DNA of 63,059 nucleotides, the filler included, from Perkinsus chesapeaki ATCC PRA-425 (taxonomy: Eukaryota; Protista; Perkinsozoa), in the NCBI GenBank assembly GCA_013115145.1. It is 6 parts of 6 records of this genome, joined end to end, with 100 filler letters (N's around TTAATTAATTAA, not from the genome) between each part and the next. Parts side by side here need not be neighbours in the genome. Positions count along the whole stretch, not along the records: positions 47,547 to 58,361 come from JAAPAO010000874.1; positions 58,462 to 61,098 come from JAAPAO010001557.1; 4 more parts are not named here. One strand, 5' to 3'. The position numbers and the translations under genes are program-made. The notes beneath the pieces are model-generated. The model did not search any database, was not told where the DNA came from, and saw nothing but the letters and a program-made list of their open reading frames with translations. Of the stretch, positions 50,160-59,297 are shown one piece after another (position 1 is the first letter of the stretch; every line of letters begins with the position of its first letter).

Positions 50160-52017
50160 ATGACTCTTCCTGGCCTGCCGTCGGGGCGCCAAGCTAAAAG
50201 TTCCGCGAAAATCGGTATGAATTCTCCGGCACAGCCCGTGCGATTACCAGGTCCAGCAAAGGACCATCAACCCAAGAGTTCCGCGAAAATTGGTAAGAAA
50301 TCACCTGTGAACATTCCTTTAGTTAGGGACCCTTGCTTCTCTGATATAAACGTCCAGTGCGACTTATATCCAGATATCTGCGAGCGTCACTGGGATAAGC
50401 TACAGTCGACTGTAGTGGCCAACGAGGGAAAGGACAACTGGGCTGATTACAGCCCAGATCATGAGGATGTGTCTATGGGACAGTTGGAGTCTGATCTTTT
50501 AGATCTTCACTCCCCCTCCCCTAGGCCCCCCTCCCCTGTGTCCTCGGTAGCTATGCCTATCTTCCCCCCTTCGCCTCCCCGCCGGACGAATCGTATTCCT
50601 ACCGCTCGTCCCTCTGGTCCTGGCGAATCGGGTGTCAATAAGCTATGTTCCGCTGGCGTCTCTAATGGTGGAGCGTCAGTCTGTGGCCAGCAGGTTGCGA
50701 CAGGTGCGGCTAATGCCAACCCTGCTCCAGCGTTGTGCCAGATCATTGCGCTTTTGCGTACCCTGATCAGTACTCTCCCTTTGGGTCCTCAAGCCCCGAT
50801 TATCTCGGCTCTTTTGGACTCCATTGTGGAGCTTGTACAGGCCATCCTGGGCAGTAGTTCGGTTGAAGCCAAACCTGTGGGTCCTACCCCAACCTTGCCT
50901 ATACCACGACGTACGGTGACTCCTAACCCGAGTGCTCCTAAGCGTCAGGCCCAGACTGCGCGTTCCAAGGCCGGACCTGCCCCTGTGCAACCGCGCCTGG
51001 CCAATCCGGCCCCTGTGAGACGTCAGAGCCCGGCCCCTGTCGGCAATGATGGGTTTACGGTGGTCACTAGACGCCGTGCGCCTAAGTCCTACGCAGCTGC
51101 GGTCAGCGGTAACGCTGGCCCGGCTCGCGGCGGACAAGGGCCACGCGTCCAGCAGACGCCGAACCCATTTGCGTCGGCAGCGAAGAAGGCGGCTACCAGC
51201 GGTAGCAGACCTGTTGTCATCGTCAGACCGACGGCACAGGCCCCTGCGCTCACTGAGCAAGGCACAATTCTCTGCCTTGCGTGTAGCTGCCCTTCAGGCC
51301 TTGCCCAAGGACATCGTCGTAACCGGCGTGTTTCCTGTAGGGCAAGTGGGTCTCGGCCTAAGCATCCGTGATGCTGCGGCCGTCCCTCGGGCAATCAGTT
51401 GTATCGGCGCCAATTTGGCTGGATACAACTGCAGTAAAAAGCAGACGCGTGCCCCGCGCATTATATGCTTCGGGGCCGCTGTCTCAAGGGATATTTCGAC
51501 CGCGGCACTTGAAAAAGTGATCCGCGAGGAGAATGACTCCCTTTTCGCGGGAAAGGTGGTCCCCAGTGGAATCGTACAGTCGATCCACTGGCGCGGACCG
51601 AACCTTGTGCTTGCGGCCTCACCAGAGTTTTACAGTGCTCTGGTGGCATCCACGGGTCACAAGATCAAGATGAACCATCTGAGTACCAGATGGTCTCTTG
51701 CTCGTGACTCCACGGTATGTTACTACTGTTCCAGGCTAGGACATATTGGTCCTAACTGCCCTGAGAAGAACAGTGGTAAGGCTTGCACCTGCACTAGGTG
51801 TGCTGGCTCTCATGAGAGGCAGCAATGCACAGCTGGCGGCGAGCGCTGCCGTAATTGTCTGGATTATAACCAGACGCAGGCTCGCCTTGGTAGGCCGGGT
51901 CGCCGACAAGCCAATCATCAGGCTACGTCGGTCGACTGCCCCAGTGCCTTAGCCTTCTGCCGCCGCTTGGCGGAGAGAACGGACTTCGGTGCCGCGTTGG
52001 CTCCTAGCTCTAACTAG
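50160..52017 (+). CDS. LINE ORF1 (Pro-rich N-terminus, three Cys/His knuckles), split by a frameshift near 51250
   Basis: CYYCSRLGHIGPNC, CTRCAGSHERQQC, CRNC...H...DCP. The frame switches between QAPA(L) and LSKAQFSAL. Confidence 0.85.
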
Positions 52018-52018
52018 A

Positions 52019-55000
52019 ATGTTGGAGTTAGCGCAGCTCAACCTGGGGAAACGGCAAGTAGCTAGTAGTCTGGTTGGTACTTTTGGAGTTGATGTGGTAC
52101 TTTGTCAAGAAGTACCGAAGTACTTTACGTAAAGTTTACGCCACCCACATCCTTTTCCTTCCATGGTCGGAAAGGGTGTGGGGTTGGCATTTTGCTTAGG
52201 AACGGCATTGAAGGCACGACGATGATGGCGAGCGAAGACTTCTGTCTCGTAAGGACCCATCTAGGTACCTTCGCTTCACTATACGCCCATCCCAACGATG
52301 AGGCTCGGCGAGAGAAGGCCTTTCAAGATTTGGAAGACGCCTTCGGCATCGCCGGCCGATTCATTTCAGGTGCTGACTGCAATGGCTACTCTGCGCTACG
52401 GGGCTCCCCACTTCCTACTACGAGCGCCCACGATGCCCAGTGGAAGATTGGCGATGACTTCCTTGCCACCTGTCTGCGTGGACATGGGACGGTCTTAAAT
52501 AGGCCTGACCTGTTCCCAGACCCGACCTTTGTCGGTGGCCAAGGAAGCTCTCACATTGACGTCACTGTGGCTATTGGCCGTGTGCCACCACACGAGTGGA
52601 GACTCTCTGATGAGTTCTCAGGTAGCGACCATAAACTTTTGCGGCTTACCATTCAGGATAAACAGCCTACTGCACCAAAGCGACTACAACTTCGACTCAC
52701 CAACCACGAGAAGGTTGGTGAAGTCGCTGCGTCTATCCCGGACCACTCCTCTGCTGTGGAAATCGCCGCTACATTATCGGAGGCTGTAGCGGCCAACACC
52801 CCTCTTATGGAGGGACGTGATTCCCCTTCGTGGTGGAGTCAGAAGCTGACGAAGCTGAAGCAAGGACTCAACAAAGCGCAGAAGAAACTCCAAGCAGCCA
52901 AGAGGAACGGCGCCGTGCTACAGATAGAGCACTGGCAAGAAGAACTCCTGGAGAGAAGAAGAGTCTACCGGATTGAAGTCCGCGCAGCGAAGAAAAGGGC
53001 CCGGGATCGCTTTTATGCATCCCTTAAGGACTTTTCGAGCTGCATCCGTGGCCCTAAGAGTAAGTCTTCTGCTGCTGTTCTTAACGGCAGGCCAGACTCC
53101 AACCAAGCGGAGTACCTACTGCAACAGCTGTTTCCTCGAGATGATGACCGGCAACGAGGCCTGGACCGAGCTGGCATGAAGCCGATCCAGCCAGAGTGGG
53201 TGTATGCGGTTACGGGAGATGAAGTTCTGCAAGCGATCGGAAAATTGAAGATCTCGGCTCCCGGCAGCGATGGCGTCAATGGGGAAGTCTTGAAGAAGAC
53301 GGCGCCACTACTAGCGGCTAAATGGGCCGAAGCCTTCACTGAGATCCTCCGGAGTGGAGAATATCCCGCGGAGTGGAAAGACGGTAAATGCATAGCTTTG
53401 TCTAAACCAGGTCGCGACATCTTCACGGCATCTGGTTGGCGCCCTGTGGTATTACTTCGATGTGCAAGCAAGCTTCTCGAGTCCGTCATAGCTGAAAGGC
53501 TCATTCACAGCCTTGGCGAGAAGTTTCGAGTGCCTGAGATCCATGGCTTCTGTCGAGGACGCAGCTGCGACACGGCACTGGCAAGGATAGTTGAGGCTTA
53601 TAAGGATGGAACGAGCAAAAAAGGCCACCATACCCTATTGCTTACGCTGGACGAGAGCAATGCTTTCAACAGCGTTAAGCATTCCTTTCTCGTTTCAGAA
53701 TTGTACCGTTTAGGCGTGCCACCATATCTGGTGCGCACTCTCAGGTCCTGGCTCACAGGCCAACAGGTACATCTGGACTTTGGAGCCGACTCTGCAGCCA
53801 TCACCTTGGAGCGAGGAGTCCCGCAGGGGTCCATTCTCGGACCCTTGCTCTACTCGATCTCGACTCTCTCTCTGGCGTCCCTGCTTCGACCGATCGATGA
53901 TCTGGTCAGCACCTTCTACGCGGACGACAAGACCCTGGTCCTGTGTACCAAAGGAAAGAAGGACTTCCTGATGAAGTGGAACCGCATTGAAGACCTTATT
54001 ACGCTATGGGGGAAGGCCTCTGGTCTGACCCTCTCGCCTAGTAAGTGTTCCTATATGTGTCGTTCCAAGCTACAGGTCCCAGCACTATTTATTGACGGAG
54101 GAGCCATTCCGAGGACGAAGGTGGTGAAGATACTGGGCCTTTTCGTCGACCAGCGCCTGACCTTCGCGACCCACATCAGGAAGAGATGTGTGGAAGCACG
54201 GAAACGGATTGGAGTGCTCCATGCACTTGGTTGGGAACGGGCTGGCTTGGACCATCGTCGGGTTATCCGTACATGGCACCAAGCAGTCCTACCCTTCCTT
54301 GCGCATGCGGCCTCCATTTGGGCACCAGTCCTCTCGGACTCGCCCAACCTTAGTAAGATTCTTGACAGTGTCTCTGGCTTCGTTGCTAGAGTCGCTATCC
54401 GAGCGCCAAGATCGGCCTCCACGGCTGCGGTCACGATGATGGCTGGCATCACACCTGCTAGCATAATGGTCCAAACCCTTGGAGCAAGAAGATCGGCTGC
54501 CATCGGTGACAATGAGGCTTTGAAGAAGGCTCCCGGCATCGGTCCCATTGAGGGCGGTTGGCTGGTCGAGCAGAGGACGCCTCATCCCCTTCCTCCTTGG
54601 CTACCTCCCCTTCCCACGACTATCCGTCCGAGGAAGGAGGCCTTAAAGGAAGCGGTGGAGTATACGGCACCGGCCATCTTCACAGACGGCTCGAAGTATG
54701 AAGATGGCGCCGGCGGCGCTTTTATAGCGATTATTGATCGCTCTGCTATCGAGAAACAGTCGTTCCGACTGCCTCGATATGCAACCATTCACCAATGTGA
54801 ACTGGAGGCGATTTGCCGCGCTCTGAGATGGATTGCCTTCTCAGAGCACAAATGTAAGCAATGGCGTGTCTTTACCGATTCTCAGGCTGCGATCTTAACG
54901 ATCAAGAATCGAGTAACGGCCGAGCGTTCTGGCATCGCCCAAGATATCGCTCGTCTCTCCCTTCTGGTTCGTGCGGACATCCACTGGTGTCCAGGCCACG

Positions 55001-55545
55001 AGGGAGTAAGATGGAACGAAGAAGTGGATGTGCTGGCCAACATCGGGCGAAGATCCTTCTTCCCCTTGGACCGCCAGCCTGCTCCACATGTCTCCACTGC
55101 GCTCGTGAAGAAGAAGGCTAAGGAAGCCATTCTGGAGTCGACCCGCCAGTGGTGGACCGACAAGAGGCGTACCCTAGGAACGGCCGTTAAGGACTTCCTA
55201 TGGGGTTATAGCCATGCCAAGCGCTACCTGAAGGCTGGTAAGTCTTCGCCAGAATTGGCGGCTATCATTACAGGTCATGCCCCGACTCCTCACCACCGAC
55301 ATGTAATGGGTACCAGAGCCGATCCTTCCTGCCCCTGCGGCTGGGCAGATGGAGACATCAAGCATCTACTTCGAGACTGTCCTTTGTTGGACGGGGCCCG
55401 ACGCGACTCGAAGCTTTCTCGAGTCATGCCGAAGGCTAATTATAAGATGATCCTCGATCGTCGGTATCGCCCGTCTCTGCTGAAGATGGCGAAGCTGACT
55501 TTCGAGTGGCTGAAGAACCTCCGAGAAGCGGAGGCTCAGCCTTAA
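52019..55545 (+). CDS. LINE ORF2: AP endonuclease, reverse transcriptase, RNase H, C-terminal CCHC; frameshifted by an 11-bp insertion at 52130-52140
   Basis: MLELAQLNLG..LCQEVP (ATG at 52019), GADCNG, SHIDVT, GSDH; GWRPVVLL, GVPQGSILGP, FYADD, KILG; FTDGSK..CELEAI..FTDSQA..HWCPGH..NEEVDVLA; CPCG..HLLRDC. Confidence 0.95.
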
Positions 55546-57013
55546 CTAGTGCTGACTGCGGCATCGGCGCATTTTTGCTGGTGTTCGCCTTTTTGATATT
55601 TTAGGACATTTTGTTTCTTGTCCTGCCCATGAGTACTCTGGCGTCCAACGCCGATTCCTAGAGAGTAAAGTCCGAGGTCGGCCATTCGATGAAGGAAGGT
55701 TAGGAAAGGAGAAGGTGGAAGGGTAAGCCGTCTGATAGTTGCTCGCTGGTGTGGATGGTCAGGTCTCTCCAACTCCCGAAGTCCGGAGGCGTCTTGCTCT
55801 TGCGGCCGCTGACCACAAGTTTTTGGTGAAAGCTATGGGCCGGACCATGCTAGGGCGCGGCAAGCTACCCCTAGGCCACCGCAGACTTTACCCTCCGGGA
55901 TGTCTCTTTCAAGTCGGGTGGTGGGCCTCGTGCCCCTTGGTCTTGTGGTATGGTATCCGGTAATGTCACTTGGTCTCCTGCGATCTCTATTGTCGCAATT
56001 GGCCCGCCTCTGGATCTTGCCTACGCCAGAGGTCTGTGGTCAGTGCCTTGAGCACGGTGCAAGTTGCGACTATAGAACTCAAGTCCCAAGCGCCAGAAAA
56101 GAAATGAAAAGAGAGCTTTGCTCCATCCTCCGCTGGTCTAAAGGACCAGGGAGGACCTAGGGACAGCTACTCTGACGCATGCCAGTCAGACCTCTCAAAT
56201 GGGTCTGGCCCTTCTGTTGCTCCCCTCCGGGATGTCTTCTGAGCACAGTTGGTGGGAATCTCGTTTGTCTTGAGTCCCCTGGCACCTGAGCAAGCAATGA
56301 CCAGTGACAAGTCTACCGGTACCTACCCTGGCACTCTACCATATGCTGGATCCTGTTCTTGTTGGTTAAGCCTCGAGAGAAGAACCTGAAGGACGGAGGG
56401 AGTTGCCTCAAGACTCAGCCTGAAGCATCGGCAGCGACTTGAAGATGGCGAGCCTGCCAGGCTCAGCCTGGAAGCTGGATCTGGACCGAAGCCTTCTGGA
56501 TTCTTGGACGACTCAGGACTGAATCAAAGGGATGAAGCTGCGGCCAAGGAGGAAGAGTGGCCGTAATTAATTTGACCGAGTTCGCAGTATAAGACATGTC
56601 ATGATGATTTGTTGTATTGCATGACTCGGTGTATCATGTTATTATGATAATTGTACTCTTTCAAAAATTTCGCCATAGGATTCTCAGGTTCGACAAGAAG
56701 TTAGTACAGTCAAGTTCACTCGACTAGGACAATCAATTTCGCCGTTAGGATCTTGAAGCGTTCTCAGGGTTCGGAGCTTGTCGTTGAACTCTTGGACCAG
56801 CGAATCCGGATTAGGCTGAATCGTGAGCTGGTCTCGGTCTCTGACTACCCCTTGCATTCGAGTTAACCTAAACTGACTCTAAGTCAAGTGGTATTCCTAC
56901 TGTATACTGAAGAAATAAGTGTTAAACAAGATATTTCATCAAAAGAGTTCACCATTTGAGCGTTCACTATCTGCCGTATTGATCGGAAAGATATCCTAAA
57001 TAACTCTCCGAGG

Positions 57014-57757
57014 TGCAGGACACTAGCGCATCCTTGTCGCTGTACCAATCCTCTTTAGCACACAATGGGTCTGTCCCGATGGGAGAAGATAGGAGCTAAG
57101 CTAAGACTATGAAGATGATGCAGCTCTATCGAGTAATTACTGGCTCATTAATAGGCATTCCTTCCCTATTTCATCCAGTGTAGTGTTGTCTCAATTATCA
57201 AATCACTAGCATGGTGCACCGTCCGGGAAAGACGAACGCATGGTGATTTGCTGCCCGAGTAGCACGATGCATTGATGGTTAATTCTTAGGGTTGCCTAGA
57301 CTGAGGTGATCTCAGTAGAAGTCATGGGCTTTCAAAGGGTTCGCTGAAACCCGAAGATATCATCTCGTGATGAGAGCTTATTGTACGCGAGAGGCGTATG
57401 ATACAGCTTGTTCTACGCGAGAGGCGTATGGCATTGATCACTCTACACGTGAGGTGTACGGTGGGTTTCGATGCGATGAGTGCATCTCTGTATCTATTTG
57501 AAATGCAAGTCGAACTACTCTATTCCTGTGCTACTGATGATTCGTGCAGCTGGGGGGCATGCAGGACGCTAGCGCATCCTTGTCGCTGTACCAATCCTCT
57601 GTAGCACACAATAGGTCTGTCCCGATGGGAGAAGATAGGAGCTAAGCTAAGACTATGAAGATGATGCAGCTCTATCGAGTAATTACTGGCTCATTAATAG
57701 GCATTCCTTCCCTATTTCATCCACTGTAGTGTTGTCTCAATTAGCAAATCACTAGCA
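57014..57757 (+). mobile_element. Miniature non-autonomous LTR retroelement (TRIM-like): 198-bp LTRs, PBS, PPT, 4-bp TSD
   Basis: LTR1 57014-57211 and LTR2 57560-57757 (TGC...GCA, 5 mismatches by eye). PBS TGGTGCACCGTCCGGGAA at 57212-57229. G-run at 57552-57557 just before LTR2. GAGG duplicated at 57010-57013 and 57758-57761. The 348-bp interior is non-coding. Confidence 0.92.
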
Positions 57758-57801
57758 GAGGTCAGGTCCAGGACCGATCACAGAATTACGGCAAGCTAGA
57801 G

Positions 57802-58236
57802 CTAATCATAGATCTTTATAAGCTCTACGTCAGGGCTCTTCTGGCTTGTCAGGTAATATAATGTGCAGTTATCTGGCATATACAGACCAATGTAGTTGGA
57901 GGAACCTATGTTACCATACTCCACCAATTCCTCAAGATCGTTGGTAGACTCCCCACAGCCGCGGCAATGGAACCGTCCATTCAAATATGCAAATTCGCAA
58001 CCCAGGCAACTGAATGGCACGCCATTCTTCGTGAAGGTGAGGTCTGCGTTGAAAAATTCATCTCCTGCGTAGTCGATCATCACACGGTAAGTGATCCCGT
58101 CGCGGGAACGCTCATAAGTACCAATATCAAAAGTACAATCATTGTCACAGCCCATAAGGTGGAAGACCATTAGCCACATAGTAGCCAGCATAATAGCCAG
58201 CACGCGCACCGATTCAGTACTGCAGCCGATAGCCAT
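57802..58236 (-). CDS. Small, probably secreted Cys-containing protein of unknown function (144 aa)
   Basis: Open frame MAIGCSTESVRVLAIMLATMWLMVFHLMGCDNDC...SPDVELIKIYD* with a hydrophobic leader. A homologous pseudogene lies at 48673-49118. Confidence 0.7.
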   Translation of the reverse strand: MAIGCSTESVRVLAIMLATMWLMVFHLMGCDNDCTFDIGTYERSRDGITYRVMIDYAGDEFFNADLTFTKNGVPFSCLGCEFAYLNGRFHCRGCGESTNDLEELVEYGNIGSSNYIGLYMPDNCTLYYLTSQKSPDVELIKIYD

Positions 58237-58361
58237 TGAAGTGTAGTTTAATAATAGACGGGAGTAAATGAATAGGCCTGGAATAGAATAGCTCGTTAAC
58301 AATGTCCTCATACGGGCGCACAAAAACAGGTAGTTAGTGCTTGAAGTCCCTGTCACCTAGG

Positions 58362-58461
58362 NNNNNNNNNNNNNNNNNNNNNNNNNNNNNNNNNNNNNNN
58401 NNNNNTTAATTAATTAANNNNNNNNNNNNNNNNNNNNNNNNNNNNNNNNNNNNNNNNNNNN
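58362..58461. other. Artificial contig linker
   Basis: N44-TTAATTAATTAA-N44. Confidence 0.99.
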
Positions 58462-59297
58462 AGTGAGGTCATGACAGTATCATCTGATGGTGCCAACCCT
58501 AGACTAATGGACAGACAGGGCAAGACTATATGGCAAGGAAGGAATGTGCAGGATTCTAAACTCGATCTGAATGGTAGCGATCAACTGAAAGTAGATCAGC
58601 ATGAGTGAAATTACTAAGCAGAAAATCCTCCCACGCGCCATGTAATTGCGCGCTACGTCAATTGAGTCATATGTTGAATAGAGTGGTTCAAGCTAGCAAT
58701 GAATGCTGTAGAGGATTACTTGATTGAGAAGTGTGATTGAGTAAATGCGAGTTTAAAGAGTTCGAGCTGCACGCTCCAGTAACCAATAGTAATGGCTGTA
58801 CGCCAAAGCATAGAGTTTAAGAGTAAAGGCTCAATACAGTATTACTGTATCCAAAAAGAAAAGGTTACTGTTGGGTTGTTCAAATGGACGGTCCTTTGAG
58901 GACCTCTGTACGGGCACCCCTTTTTGAGTTGCGTTCTATTTACGTGACCTATCAAGGTTGTTACTCGCATTTAAGTATTGAAACAAGCCCAATGGGCACT
59001 GCTCATCATAGAAGCACCTGTTGCAAATGGGTTGCTTAATAGAATTGTGAGGCCAGAAACTGAGAGCTTTAAATGGAAAGAGATACGTAAACCGAACTGC
59101 TTGGTTGAAGCCTTCAATTTGGAGGCAACGAGGACCTAGTTAGCTATCGATTAACTGGGCGAGCGCCAAAAACAAAAATGATTTATAAAAGAAAACCATC
59201 ACATATGCAAGCCCCTTGTGGGTTGTGTACAATGGTAGTAGACAGCGCCGGATATTTTAGTTTGTATTAAGTATCTTCGCTAAGCGGAGACTCCGCT

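Larger units (their letters stand above)
50047..56665 (+). mobile_element. Near full-length non-LTR retrotransposon (APE-RT-RNase H-CCHC; I/R1/Tad-like architecture) with a candidate 13-bp TSD
   Basis: Gag-like ORF1 and pol-like ORF2. AATTTCGCCATAG occurs at 50034-50046 and again at 56666-56678 after a short A run. Boundaries are inferred from this duplication. Confidence 0.8.

Noticed and set aside
58462-59270. Ankyrin-like phrase (GANPRLMDRQGKT) and degraded coding-like text
   Set aside because: It is a single short motif amid many stops, which is insufficient support.
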